Shown here piece by piece: positions 9,932 through 19,871 of a DNA stretch of 64,000 nucleotides. A program made the position numbers and the translations under genes. Position 1 is the stretch's first letter. Every line of letters begins with the position of its first letter. Under the pieces are notes generated by a model. The model was not told the origin of the DNA and searched no databases. It worked only from the letters and a program-made list of their open reading frames with translations. The stretch is from contig JAZOAH010000028.1 of assembly GCA_045595395.1 (NCBI GenBank), positions 90,339 to 154,338 on the forward strand. The letters are read 5' to 3'. Source of the DNA: Eubacteriales bacterium. Its GTDB lineage: Bacteria > Bacillota > Clostridia > Oscillospirales > UMGS1783.

Positions 9932-11332
9932 ATGATATTATCACAGGTAAAGGAATCTGTTATGGGAAACGATATCTCTTGTGCGCTACAATCGGTAAAG
10001 CGCATCCACTTTATCGGCATCGGCGGAGTCAGCATGAGCGCACTGGCGCTGATCATGCAGTCCAACGGCTATACGGTGGCCGGCTCGGACATGAACCGTG
10101 ACAACTGTACGGTACTTTTAGATAACGGCGTGACCGTTTACGGCAGCCATGCCGCCCAAAACCTGGGAGATGCCCAGATGGTGGTCTATACCGCCGCCAT
10201 TAAAGAGGATAATCCCGAACTGGCCGCCGCCCGTACCGCCGGTCTTCCCTGCTTTGAGCGGGCCGATCTGCTGGGCGCTATCATGCAAAACTACGACTGC
10301 CCCATCGGTGTGGCCGGCACACACGGCAAATCGACCACCACATCCATGATCTCCTGCGTGCTGCTCGACGGCGGGGTCGATCCTACCATCTCCATCGGCG
10401 CAAAGTTGCCCGAGATCGACAGCACCTATTATATCGGCCACAAGGATTATTTCGTCTTTGAATCCTGCGAATATGCCGGCTCTTTCATGAAATTCTTCCC
10501 GAAAATCTCGGTCATCCTCAATATCGACGAGGATCATCTGGATTTTTACAAGGATCTGGACGATATCACCGCCGCCTTCGGCCGCTATGTCGGCAACACC
10601 CTGCCCGGAGGACTTCTCATCACCAATGCCGACGATCCCAACTGCCGCAAGATCGCCTCGCAGTATGACGGCAAGGTCATCACCTTCGGCATGAGCGATG
10701 CCGATTATACCCCCGCCAATATCCGTTATATCAACGGGTATCCAACCTTTGACATCCTGCATCAGGGCAAGCAACTGTGCACCGCCGAGCTGGTCGTACC
10801 GGGTCAGCACAACATCCTCAACGCCCTGGCCGCTGCCGCAGCGGCCGATGCCATCGGCATTGATCCGTCATCCATCAGCCGCGGTCTGCATACCTTCCAC
10901 GGTGCCCAGCGCCGCTTTGAATTCAAAGGCAAGTCGGATCGCTTTACTGTTATTGATGACTATGCGCACCATCCCTCCGAGATCGAAGCCACTCTGAGTG
11001 CCTGCCGCAACATGGATTTTGACCGCATCATCCTCATCTTCCAGCCGCACACCTACTCCCGCACCAAAGCCTTGCTGCCACAGTTTCAAAAGGCGCTCGA
11101 TAAGGCCGATCATGTCATTCTGTGTGATATTTATGCCGCACGAGAAAAAGATGATTTAGGCATGAATTCTGCGAATATTGTGCAAATGTTAGCAGATGCT
11201 GAATATGCACCCTCTTTTGCCGATGCCGCTCAACAAGCGCTGGCACAAGTCAAAGATAATACGCTCATTCTTACCATGGGCGCCGGCGATGTCTTCAAGG
11301 TCGCTGATATACTATTACAAGGAGAAAAATAA
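9932..11332 (+). CDS. murC: UDP-N-acetylmuramate--L-alanine ligase
   Basis: IHFIGIGGVSMSALA, GTHGKSTT P-loop and DDYAHHPSEI. The alternative start at ATG 9962 is equally plausible. Confidence 0.93.
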   Translation: MILSQVKESVMGNDISCALQSVKRIHFIGIGGVSMSALALIMQSNGYTVAGSDMNRDNCTVLLDNGVTVYGSHAAQNLGDAQMVVYTAAIKEDNPELAAARTAGLPCFERADLLGAIMQNYDCPIGVAGTHGKSTTTSMISCVLLDGGVDPTISIGAKLPEIDSTYYIGHKDYFVFESCEYAGSFMKFFPKISVILNIDEDHLDFYKDLDDITAAFGRYVGNTLPGGLLITNADDPNCRKIASQYDGKVITFGMSDADYTPANIRYINGYPTFDILHQGKQLCTAELVVPGQHNILNALAAAAAADAIGIDPSSISRGLHTFHGAQRRFEFKGKSDRFTVIDDYAHHPSEIEATLSACRNMDFDRIILIFQPHTYSRTKALLPQFQKALDKADHVILCDIYAAREKDDLGMNSANIVQMLADAEYAPSFADAAQQALAQVKDNTLILTMGAGDVFKVADILLQGEK

Positions 11333-11643
11333 TGTCTGTTATTACCATTACCAAGGATAATTTCGAAAAAGAAGTTTTGCAGTCTACTGTTCCCGTTTTG
11401 GTCGATTTTTGGGCCAGCTGGTGCGGCCCCTGCCGCATGGTATCTCCTATTGTTGACCAGATCGCCGAGGATTCGGACGGCAAGTATGCCGTGGGCAAGG
11501 TCAATGTCGACGAACAGCCCGAGCTGGCTGTCCAGTTCGGCGTCATGAGCATCCCCACCCTCATCGTCTTCAAAAACGGTCAGGCGGCCGATAAAAAGAT
11601 CGGCGCTCAGACCAAGGATGCCCTGCTTGCTATGCTCAAATGA
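11332..11643 (+). CDS. trxA: thioredoxin
   Basis: 103 aa with the FWASWCGPCR active site. Its ATG overlaps the murC stop (TAATG). Confidence 0.95.
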   Translation: MSVITITKDNFEKEVLQSTVPVLVDFWASWCGPCRMVSPIVDQIAEDSDGKYAVGKVNVDEQPELAVQFGVMSIPTLIVFKNGQAADKKIGAQTKDALLAMLK

Positions 11644-11645
11644 TG

Positions 11646-11672
11646 AAAAAGCACCCTTTCGGGTGCTTTTTT
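11646..11672 (+). terminator. rho-independent terminator after trxA
   Basis: AAAAAGCACCC-TTTC-GGGTGCTTTTTT. Confidence 0.85.
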
Positions 11673-11721
11673 CATGCTCGGCATATCCTGTTGATAAAAC
11701 AAAGAAAGCAGGTATACCGTC

Positions 11722-12192
11722 TTGAGTGAAAGGCTCGATCACAATCGTGTTTTACGATTCCGCCCCACCGCCATCGCCCGCCTTGCCGGCAGTCAGCGCC
11801 ACCCGGATATTCGAGGGCTTATCCGATTCTATCAAACCCGTGACGGCGTAATCGTGTACGCCGAGATTACCGGTCTGCCAAAGACAAACGATATCTACGC
11901 CTTCCATATCCACAACGGCTCTTCCTGCACCGGCAATGCCGACGATCCCTTTGCCAATGCCGGCACCCATTATAATCCCGCCAATCAGCCGCATCCCTAT
12001 CACGCCGGCGATCTGCCGCCCGTCTTCAATGCCGGCGGCCGCGCCTTCTTTATGGTGCTGACCGATCGGTTTACCATACGGCAAGTTCTTGGCAAACCGG
12101 TGATCTTGCACGCTTCGCCCGATGATTTTACCACCCAACCTTCCGGTAATGCCGGAGAGAAAATCGCCTGCGGGGTCATTACCGCACGATAA
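11722..12192 (+). CDS. Cu/Zn superoxide dismutase family protein (no signal peptide seen)
   Basis: FHIHNG, GTHYNP, HAGDLP, ILHASPDD and GNAGEKIACGVI match SodC copper/zinc ligand blocks. The TTG start is uncertain. Confidence 0.75.
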   Translation: MSERLDHNRVLRFRPTAIARLAGSQRHPDIRGLIRFYQTRDGVIVYAEITGLPKTNDIYAFHIHNGSSCTGNADDPFANAGTHYNPANQPHPYHAGDLPPVFNAGGRAFFMVLTDRFTIRQVLGKPVILHASPDDFTTQPSGNAGEKIACGVITAR

Positions 12193-12202
12193 AAGAGAAA
12201 GG

Positions 12203-13894
12203 TTAGTTTGCAGTAAATTGACCCGATTGATTACCCACAGTAATGGTGTAGCTCTGACCGCTGACGATATCGGGGCTACTCAGGATCACCACAGCAAAGG
12301 AAAGTTGCGGCGTGTGCGAGAGTACCGTGTTTCCGTTCTTATCAGTCAAAATAATCTCCGTACCTGCACTCTGTTGTCCAACCTGAACCGCAATCACGCC
12401 TTGCTCCGAATCACTGAATGTCTGCGCCATCCCCGATGCACCGGTGCCGATAAAGGTACCTCCGCTGATCGTCGCGCTGGCATCGTAGTCAAGGGTTGCG
12501 GTATCGCCCCGTGTCGGGCCGCAGACGACCGTGTTACCGCCAGTGATCTCCAGGTAGCCGTTGGCATCGATGCCGTCACCCGAAGCCTGAATATGTAGAT
12601 CTCCGCCCGAAATGATGATACTGCCATTGGAGACACCGCCCGTCCTGCCCCCGCCGAACATACCATCACGCCCACCGATCATACCGCTGGCGTCGGTGCC
12701 GCCGGCGGCATTAAGCCCGTCATCCGAAGCGGTCAGTGTAATGTCACCGCCATTGATGCGAATATGCAATCCCTCTAAACCTTCATAGCTTTCGCTGATC
12801 TCGATCTTACCGCCGGACACGGTGAGGGTATCCTCGGCATGGATACCGTCATCACCGGTAGCGATGGTGTAAATACCGCCCTCTACGGTGAGCGAGGCGT
12901 TGGCGTGGAGAGCGTCATCGGCGCTGTCAATGGTGAAACTACCGCCCGACAGGAGCATACCAGCGCCGGACTTCAAGCCCTTCATGCTGGTCTTGTCATC
13001 GGTCGTACTCGTCGTACGGGGCCGACCGCCGGGCGGCATCATACCGCCTCCCATAAAACCACCATAATGATCCGAGGCCGACTGCGTCCCGTTGACGCTG
13101 CCGCCGCCGGCAAGAATATCAAAACTACCGTCTATGATCGTCATGTCGCTGCCTGCGCTGATACCGTCACCCTGGGCCTTTATGGTAAAGCTGCCGCTCT
13201 CGATATAAGCAAAGCCCAGCGAGGCATCATCGGAGTTTTCGACGTGGATCGCATCCTTGCCGGCATCGACGGTCAGGGTCGCATTGGCCACTCGTATACT
13301 ATCATTAGCATCCAGGCCGTGCGAGGCACTGCTTACAGTATAGTGCCCACCGGTAATGACCAGATCATCCTTGGATACGATGCCGTGACCGACAGGCGAC
13401 GTCACCGTCAAACTACCCGCCCCGTTAAAGGTGATGTCCTGTTTGGAAAAAACGGCCGCATCGATGTTATTATCATCAAAAGCCGTAAAGGTGCCGCCGT
13501 TTTTTAGTGTGTTTTCGGTATTTTCAGCCAGCGTCACAAACACCTTATCCGCCTGCTTGACATAGAGTGCCGCCGAGATCGGACTGGAAATACTCGCTCC
13601 GCTGAGTACGATCTGCAGTTTTGCCGTATCCGGTGCATCTACGATGACCATACCCTCCAGGCTACCGGACAGCACATAAGTTCCCTCTTCGGAAATGGTA
13701 ACGGGCGATTGAGCCTGACTCAGATCTATGACCACCGCCTTGTCGGCATCATACGAGGTGCGCAGATCCCGGTCGGTAAACATATCGGTATCCCTTTGAG
13801 TGACCGTGGGGGGCTTACTGCTGCTTTGGGAAGATGGCGCACTACAACCGCACAACAGGAGCAGGATCGATAAAGCGGATATAATTTTTTTCAT
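12203..13894 (-). CDS. lipoprotein with repetitive parallel beta-helix-like repeats (carbohydrate-binding-domain-like)
   Basis: Signal peptide plus lipobox (LLLLCGC). There are many repeats of the type I(T/S)GG..T(I/V)...DDG(I/L)(H/N)A...L.(I/V). It lies last in the cluster with the VTC and DUF4956 genes. Confidence 0.6.
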   Translation of the reverse strand: MKKIISALSILLLLCGCSAPSSQSSSKPPTVTQRDTDMFTDRDLRTSYDADKAVVIDLSQAQSPVTISEEGTYVLSGSLEGMVIVDAPDTAKLQIVLSGASISSPISAALYVKQADKVFVTLAENTENTLKNGGTFTAFDDNNIDAAVFSKQDITFNGAGSLTVTSPVGHGIVSKDDLVITGGHYTVSSASHGLDANDSIRVANATLTVDAGKDAIHVENSDDASLGFAYIESGSFTIKAQGDGISAGSDMTIIDGSFDILAGGGSVNGTQSASDHYGGFMGGGMMPPGGRPRTTSTTDDKTSMKGLKSGAGMLLSGGSFTIDSADDALHANASLTVEGGIYTIATGDDGIHAEDTLTVSGGKIEISESYEGLEGLHIRINGGDITLTASDDGLNAAGGTDASGMIGGRDGMFGGGRTGGVSNGSIIISGGDLHIQASGDGIDANGYLEITGGNTVVCGPTRGDTATLDYDASATISGGTFIGTGASGMAQTFSDSEQGVIAVQVGQQSAGTEIILTDKNGNTVLSHTPQLSFAVVILSSPDIVSGQSYTITVGNQSGQFTAN

Positions 13895-13904
13895 AGGTAC
13901 CCCC

Positions 13905-14588
13905 TTACAGTTCGGTCGAAACCGTTTCCTGCTTGGACACGCAGATCTCCAGATTGCCGTTACGGCAACGAATTTTGTCGATCATTTCCTTCTCCTTGAC
14001 CGCATTGCGCAGTGTCACATGATAGGTTAATTTAAACAGACTGCCCAAATTGGTCGTCTTAACCCGCGCCAGGTCACAGGACGAGGTATATTCCTCAAAA
14101 ATATCATCAAATATCTCGGTATAATCCAGATCTTCAGGGACGGTAACGGTAAGCGTTTTATAGGTCTGTCCGTTCTTTTTCGTGCCCAGGTCAAAACGAT
14201 TAAAGAGCAAAAAGGCCGCACACATGATTAAGGCAAACAAGGCGGCAAAGCCAAGGTAGCCCATGCCGGCGACCAACCCCGTACCCATAGCCAAAAACAG
14301 GATGCAGATCTCTTTGGCCGTACCGGGCACTGAGCGAAAACGCACCAGACTAAACGCACCGGCCACCGCCACACCGGCACCGACATTGCCGTTGACCAGC
14401 ATGATGACTACACAAACGACCGCCGGCAACAGCGCCAGGGTAATGACAAAACTCTTGGTGTAACGGGTGCGATACATGTAGCACAAAGCCAACACCAGCC
14501 CCAGCATCAGTGAAACACCGATGCAAAGCAGAAAATCGGTGACGCTGATCAGCGTCGTATACTCGGTGTCAAAAAGACCTTGAAACAT
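13905..14588 (-). CDS. DUF4956 domain membrane protein
   Basis: N-terminal TM helices with the FSLVRFRS motif, then a soluble C-terminal domain. Its start overlaps the VTC gene end by 20 nt. Confidence 0.7.
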   Translation of the reverse strand: MFQGLFDTEYTTLISVTDFLLCIGVSLMLGLVLALCYMYRTRYTKSFVITLALLPAVVCVVIMLVNGNVGAGVAVAGAFSLVRFRSVPGTAKEICILFLAMGTGLVAGMGYLGFAALFALIMCAAFLLFNRFDLGTKKNGQTYKTLTVTVPEDLDYTEIFDDIFEEYTSSCDLARVKTTNLGSLFKLTYHVTLRNAVKEKEMIDKIRCRNGNLEICVSKQETVSTEL

Positions 14589-15285
14589 GGAAAAGTTCCT
14601 CCTTTATGCTAGGAAAAATTAGAGTTTTATATGCCGTTCCGTACTTGGAAAAGGATGTTTTGAAGATTTTTTCTCGGGACAGCGCCTGCGCCATCCACAG
14701 CGGCAGTCCGCCCAAGCATTTGATCTCCATCAATATGCTGCCCTCCGGCAGAATGGGTGCCCCATATACCGGCGCATGCAGGGAAAAGTTTTCTTGGCGA
14801 CATCGGATATTTTCATCAAAGGTGACACGAAAATCGGCCTTCTCCCGCATCTTATAGGCCTCTCGTTCATAGGAAAGGAAGATGGCGGGGTGCAAGGTCT
14901 TATACTGCTGAATAAAATAGTCGATCTCGGCCGTAATCTGCGTTTCCTTCTCACAGTGCCGCCGGCCACAGATCCAGTCTATCGCCTCAGCCTCCGGCAA
15001 CGCTACACGCCGTTTATAGACGATCTTTTTGTATTTCTTTTTCAACTCTACAAAGACATCGCCCGACCCGTAGCTGCGGATACGCAGTTTTTCCTTATAG
15101 ATCGTCTTATCAATGGAGCGGCGGATCAGCAGATAGGTATCGGTATCAAAATAAATGTTACGTATGGTAGTTCTCCCGTATTTATCAAGCTTCATGTAGG
15201 GCTCAATAGCCTGCAATATGCTATCTTTTTGCGCCGTGGTAATCATAAATTTGAGTTCGACGCGCTCAAAAACGGTCTGTGTCAT
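14569..15285 (-). CDS. VTC-domain (polyphosphate polymerase / CYTH-like) protein
   Basis: FERVELKF...IRNIYFDT...EKLRIRSY...VELKKKY...KRR: tunnel-fold basic motifs of VTC/CYTH domains. The start is taken at the ATG at 15285 (RBS AAAGGGGA), not the ORF-track 15336. Confidence 0.7.
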   Translation of the reverse strand: MTQTVFERVELKFMITTAQKDSILQAIEPYMKLDKYGRTTIRNIYFDTDTYLLIRRSIDKTIYKEKLRIRSYGSGDVFVELKKKYKKIVYKRRVALPEAEAIDWICGRRHCEKETQITAEIDYFIQQYKTLHPAIFLSYEREAYKMREKADFRVTFDENIRCRQENFSLHAPVYGAPILPEGSILMEIKCLGGLPLWMAQALSREKIFKTSFSKYGTAYKTLIFPSIKEELFHVSRSF

Positions 15286-15384
15286 CCACATGTCCCCTTT
15301 CCGCTCTCCATTATGCCTCGGGGATTTGATTGTCATATGCTAAAAATATGAATATTATGTGAAAAGGAACAAAACAGATTTCTG

Positions 15385-15413
15385 TTGCATTTGCAGCCAA
15401 AGCAGTATATAAT
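15385..15413 (+). promoter_or_regulatory. sigma-A type promoter for typA
   Basis: TTGCAT (15385-15390), 17-nt spacer, TATAAT (15408-15413). Confidence 0.55.
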
Positions 15414-15447
15414 AATTGAGTTTGAAAGAGAAAAATGAGGTGGAACT

Positions 15448-17268
15448 GTGAAAAGAGAGGATTTACGTAATATTGCAATCATCGCCCACGTTGACCATGG
15501 CAAGACGACACTGGTCGATGAGATGCTCAAGCAAAGCGGTATTTACCGCGACAATCAGACCATTACCGAGCGTGTCATGGACTCGGGCGATATTGAGCGA
15601 GAGCGTGGCATCACCATTTTGGCTAAGAACACGTCCATTCAATATAAAGGCACCAAGATCAATATCGTCGACACCCCCGGCCATGCCGATTTCGGCGGCG
15701 AGGTCGAGCGTGTGCTGAAGATGGTCGACGGCGTTCTGCTGCTGGTCGATGCGGCCGAGGGCCCCATGCCCCAGACCCGCTTTGTGCTCCAGCATGCCCT
15801 GGCGCTCAATCATAAAGTCATCGTTGTCATCAACAAGATCGACAAGCCCGACGCCCGCCTGGACGAGGTGGTCAACGAAGTGCTGGAGCTGCTGCTGGAT
15901 CTGGACGCTACCGACGAACAACTCGACAGCCCCATCGTCTACTGCTCGGCCCGTGAAGGCATTGCCTCGGTCTTCCAGGATCGTCACGGCGATGATCTGA
16001 CCCCGCTGTTTGACACCATCATGGAATACATCCCTGCCCCCGAGGTCGATCCCGAGGGTCCGACCCAGCTGCTGGTTTCTTCCATTGACTACAATGAATA
16101 TGTCGGCCGTATCGGTGTCGGCCGTGTCGAGCGGGGCACGATTCGCAAAAATCAAGAGGTCGCCATCTGCGATTATCACGACCCTTCGGTGTCCAAAAAG
16201 AGCAAGATCACCGCTTTGTATGTCTTTGAAGACCTGAACAAGGTGCCGGTCGAATCGGCATCGGCCGGTGACATTGTCTGCTTAAGCGGCATTGAGGATA
16301 TCAACATCGGCAACACGGTATGCACCCCCACCGCCATCGAGCCGATCGACTTTGTCAAGATCTCCGAGCCGACAGTCGAGATGACCTTCTCGGTCAACAA
16401 CTCCCCCTTTGCCGGCAAGGAGGGCAAGTTCCTCACCTCCCGTCATATCCGTGAACGCCTGTATCGGGAACTGTTGCGTGACGTCGCTTTGCGTGTCAAA
16501 GACGGCGAGACCTCTGAATCCTTCGTGGTCATGGGCCGAGGCGAACTGCACCTGTCCATTCTCATCGAGAATATGCGCCGTGAGGGGTATGAATTCCAAG
16601 TCAGCACCCCCCGTGTACTGTTTAAGGAGATCGAGGGCAAAACCTGCGAGCCCTATGAGCATATCATTCTGGACGTGCCCGATCAATATGTCGGCGCCGT
16701 CATCGAAAAGTTGGGCAAACGCAAGGGCGAAATGACGGCCATGTCCCCCAACAACGGCCGCACCCGTGTCGAGTTCAATATTCCCTCTCGTGGTCTGTTC
16801 GGCTATCGCAGCGAGTTCATGACCGACACCCATGGTGAAGGCATCATGAACACCATTTTTGACAAATACGCCCCCTATTCGGGCGAGATCAACCGCCGTA
16901 CCAACGGCTCGCTCATCGCCTTTGAAACGGGCGAGGCAGTCACCTACGGCCTGTTTAACGCTCAGGAGCGAGGCACGCTGTATATCACGCCCGGCACGCC
17001 GGTCTATGCCGGCATGGTGGTCGGCTACTCCGCTAAGGCCGAAGACATCACCGTCAATGTTTGCAAGAAAAAGCATGTCACCAATATGCGTGCTTCGGGT
17101 TCAGACGAGGCGCTGCGTCTGGTTTCTCCCAAGATCATGAGTCTGGAAGAATCGCTCGAATCCCTGAATGAGGACGAGATGCTGGAGGTCACCCCCAAGT
17201 CCTTGCGTATCCGCAAGCAGGTGCTTGACCATGCCCAGCGCATGCGTAACATCATGAAATCCAGATAA
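15448..17268 (+). CDS. typA: translational GTPase TypA/BipA
   Basis: [25 protein letters not shown] and NKID G-motifs. 606 aa. GTG start after GAGGTGG. Confidence 0.95.
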   Translation: MKREDLRNIAIIAHVDHGKTTLVDEMLKQSGIYRDNQTITERVMDSGDIERERGITILAKNTSIQYKGTKINIVDTPGHADFGGEVERVLKMVDGVLLLVDAAEGPMPQTRFVLQHALALNHKVIVVINKIDKPDARLDEVVNEVLELLLDLDATDEQLDSPIVYCSAREGIASVFQDRHGDDLTPLFDTIMEYIPAPEVDPEGPTQLLVSSIDYNEYVGRIGVGRVERGTIRKNQEVAICDYHDPSVSKKSKITALYVFEDLNKVPVESASAGDIVCLSGIEDINIGNTVCTPTAIEPIDFVKISEPTVEMTFSVNNSPFAGKEGKFLTSRHIRERLYRELLRDVALRVKDGETSESFVVMGRGELHLSILIENMRREGYEFQVSTPRVLFKEIEGKTCEPYEHIILDVPDQYVGAVIEKLGKRKGEMTAMSPNNGRTRVEFNIPSRGLFGYRSEFMTDTHGEGIMNTIFDKYAPYSGEINRRTNGSLIAFETGEAVTYGLFNAQERGTLYITPGTPVYAGMVVGYSAKAEDITVNVCKKKHVTNMRASGSDEALRLVSPKIMSLEESLESLNEDEMLEVTPKSLRIRKQVLDHAQRMRNIMKSR

Positions 17269-17270
17269 CA

Positions 17271-17298
17271 AAAAGCCACCCTGTCGGGTGGCTTTTTT
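17271..17298. terminator. bidirectional terminator between typA and ytfJ
   Basis: AAAAGCCACCC-TGTC-GGGTGGCTTTTTT, with an A-run and a T-run flanking a GC-rich stem between convergent genes. Confidence 0.85.
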
Positions 17299-17306
17299 CC
17301 TGTTTT

Positions 17307-17675
17307 TTATTTCACGAACAAATTCTTAATGCGCTCGATCAGCTCGGGAGCCATATCGATCAGTTTATCGACCGAAGTGGGGTTATTAGAGATCTGGAGC
17401 ATGCGGATATCGTCGCCCTTGATGACAATAAAACCAACGGGGATAATAGAGATGCCCGCACCGCTGCCGCCGGCAAACGGCTCTTTCGGCTTTTCCTGCT
17501 TGGTGTTCAGATCACTTCCGCCCGACACAAAGCCAAAGGACACTTTGGAGATCGGAATAATGGTAGCGCCGTCGGGCGTAGACATCGGATCGCCGACGAT
17601 CGTATTGACGTCCACCATTTCTTTGATCTTCTGCATGGTCGAATCCATGATTCCCTGAATCGGATGTTCACTCAT
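17307..17675 (-). CDS. ytfJ: GerW/YtfJ family sporulation protein
   Basis: MSEHPIQGIMDSTMQKIKEMVDVNTIVGDP...KVSFGFVSGGSD closely follows B. subtilis YtfJ as I recall it. Confidence 0.85.
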   Translation of the reverse strand: MSEHPIQGIMDSTMQKIKEMVDVNTIVGDPMSTPDGATIIPISKVSFGFVSGGSDLNTKQEKPKEPFAGGSGAGISIIPVGFIVIKGDDIRMLQISNNPTSVDKLIDMAPELIERIKNLFVK

Positions 17676-17735
17676 TCTATTCACTGTCCTTTCGTAAGTT
17701 CATAATGTAGGATTACCCTTTATTTATAATATATA

Positions 17736-18305
17736 CTATTTTTCTTCGGATTGCAAGGACAATTCTTGCTGTTGCAACGTTTCACCCGCCGCCTCTTCCA
17801 TCGGTGCCAGCTCAGGCAGGTCAGACAAGGATGTAATATTGAAAACACGCAGGAAATTGACGGTCGTTCCGTACAAGAGCGGACGGCCGGGCGCATCCAT
17901 GCGGCCCTTTTCCTCGATCAGTTCCTTTTCGACAAGCGAATGGATGACCGCCGAGCAATCGACGCCACGCACCTGTTCGACATAGGCACGGGTGACCGGC
18001 TGGTTATAGGCCACTACCGACAGCACCTCCATCGCCGCCTGGGACAGGGAGGGATTGCGACGGTTATCCAGCAGCGTCTTGACATAAGCGGCATTGACCG
18101 ACGCTGTCATCATCTGAAATTTATCGTCATATCGCACGATCTCCAGGCCTCGGCCCTGTCTGGCATATTCGGCCGACAGTTCCAGCAGCGCCATGCGCAC
18201 CGTTTTGGGCTCTTCCTCAACGATCTCGGCCAGCTGATTGACGCTGATGGGATTGCCCGAGGCAAAAAGCAAACTTTCCAAAACAGAAGAAAGATTATTG
18301 TCCAT
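17736..18305 (-). CDS. scpB: SMC-Scp complex subunit ScpB
   Basis: LESLLFASGNPISVNQLAEI ... winged-helix repeats. Immediately downstream of scpA, overlapping it by 11 nt. Confidence 0.9.
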   Translation of the reverse strand: MDNNLSSVLESLLFASGNPISVNQLAEIVEEEPKTVRMALLELSAEYARQGRGLEIVRYDDKFQMMTASVNAAYVKTLLDNRRNPSLSQAAMEVLSVVAYNQPVTRAYVEQVRGVDCSAVIHSLVEKELIEEKGRMDAPGRPLLYGTTVNFLRVFNITSLSDLPELAPMEEAAGETLQQQELSLQSEEK

Positions 18306-19029
18306 GTTCTTTTCGATCCTTTCGCAATGAAATGCGGGCGGCATCGCCCTCGCCGTCGACGCTGATACGCATCTTACTGATCATTTCCAGCACCGCCAGG
18401 AAGGTGGCTACCACATCCGAACGGCTGTTTGAGCCCTTAAAGGCATCGCTGAGCGTCATCTGCTCTCCTTTGATCAGGCGACGCAGGATAGATACCACAC
18501 GGGTGGAGATGGAGGTATACACCGTATTGACGATCCCCTTGAAATTGGAGATGGGCGGCGGCATGCGGCGCTTGACCGTCTGTACCGCTTCCTCGTAGGC
18601 TTCGGCCAGCTCGTCCACCGTGTGACTGCCCTCATACGGGCCGTTGGGCGTTGCCTTGAAGACCATCGGCTCACGCACGGCACGGACCCCCGCCTTCTTA
18701 AACAGTTCAGCCATCTTGCCCGCCGCTTCCTTGTAGCGCTTATACTCCAAGAGCATCCGCACCAGGTTATCACGAGGGTCTTCCTCTTCCTCGTCGTGGC
18801 GGGGCAGCAGCGTTTGCGACTTGATATACATCAGATAGGCGGCCATGACCAAAAATTCACTGGCCTGCTCCATATCCAGATGCTCGATCCCGTCAATGCT
18901 CTCCAGATACTGATCCAGCACGACAGCGATAGGGATATCGTAGATATTGATTTTGTTTTTGGATATCAGTTTAAGCAGAAGGTCGAGCGGCCCCTCGAAG
19001 ACCTCCAGCTTAAAAGACGGCTTACCCAT
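18295..19029 (-). CDS. scpA: segregation and condensation protein A
   Basis: FKLEVFEGPLDLLLKLISKNKINIYDIPIA is the ScpA N-terminal signature. The start at 19029 has the RBS GGAAAGGGGA; the ORF-track start at 19053 has none. Confidence 0.9.
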   Translation of the reverse strand: MGKPSFKLEVFEGPLDLLLKLISKNKINIYDIPIAVVLDQYLESIDGIEHLDMEQASEFLVMAAYLMYIKSQTLLPRHDEEEEDPRDNLVRMLLEYKRYKEAAGKMAELFKKAGVRAVREPMVFKATPNGPYEGSHTVDELAEAYEEAVQTVKRRMPPPISNFKGIVNTVYTSISTRVVSILRRLIKGEQMTLSDAFKGSNSRSDVVATFLAVLEMISKMRISVDGEGDAARISLRKDRKEHGQ

Positions 19030-19046
19030 CGGTATCCCCTTTCCAT

Positions 19047-19721
19047 TTAACATAATGAGGCAATGCCCCGATATAACAGATCGCCCAAGGCAACAAAGGT
19101 ATAGTCAATGCCCCACAGCAGGCCGTTTGCCAAGAACTGAATGACCGGGCTGAGAATATCCAGCAGCATCAGCACGACCAGGATAGCAAAGAAGACCCGC
19201 TCATATCGGAGCATTTTATAATAGACCTTATTGGGCAGCACCAGCGCCAGGATGCGTGACCCGTCCAGCGGCGTGATGGGCAGCAGGTTAAAGACACACA
19301 GCACACAGTTGAGCTGCACGGCAATGACCAATAACTGATGAAAATAACCGCCGTAGGGCAAGACCGGATAGAGTGCGCCCAGCAACAAACCCCACAGACA
19401 GGCCATGATCAGATTGCTGACCGGCCCGGCCAGCGCCACCAGCGCACTGCCTCGCTTGGGATTTTTGAAATTAAGCACCGCCACCGGCACAGGCTTGCCC
19501 CAGCCGAAGCCGAAGAAGAGCATGCACAAACTGCCGAGCGGATCAAGGTGCCGCAAAGGATTGAGCGATACACGACCGGCCATGGCCGCCGTGGGATCGC
19601 CCAGTTTCTGCGCCGTTTTGGCATGAGCAAACTCATGCACCGTAATGGAGATAACCAGCAGCGGCGCATAATATATGATCTTGAACAGAATATTTGTCAA
19701 ATAGCCGAGTAACCAATCCAT
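19047..19721 (-). CDS. site-2 protease family (M50) membrane metalloprotease
   Basis: HEFAHA zinc motif within a TM helix. Polytopic, 224 aa. Confidence 0.8.
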   Translation of the reverse strand: MDWLLGYLTNILFKIIYYAPLLVISITVHEFAHAKTAQKLGDPTAAMAGRVSLNPLRHLDPLGSLCMLFFGFGWGKPVPVAVLNFKNPKRGSALVALAGPVSNLIMACLWGLLLGALYPVLPYGGYFHQLLVIAVQLNCVLCVFNLLPITPLDGSRILALVLPNKVYYKMLRYERVFFAILVVLMLLDILSPVIQFLANGLLWGIDYTFVALGDLLYRGIASLC

Positions 19722-19871
19722 AAACTTTCACCAATGTAAATTATACCCTATCCTTTCATGAAATGCAACCGCTGACAATGGATATATTTTTATCTTTTTT
19801 TAATAATTTTGTATACATTCCAATTGAAAATCTGTTATAATGGTCTTAATGTCTTTTATGGAGTGACGAAA

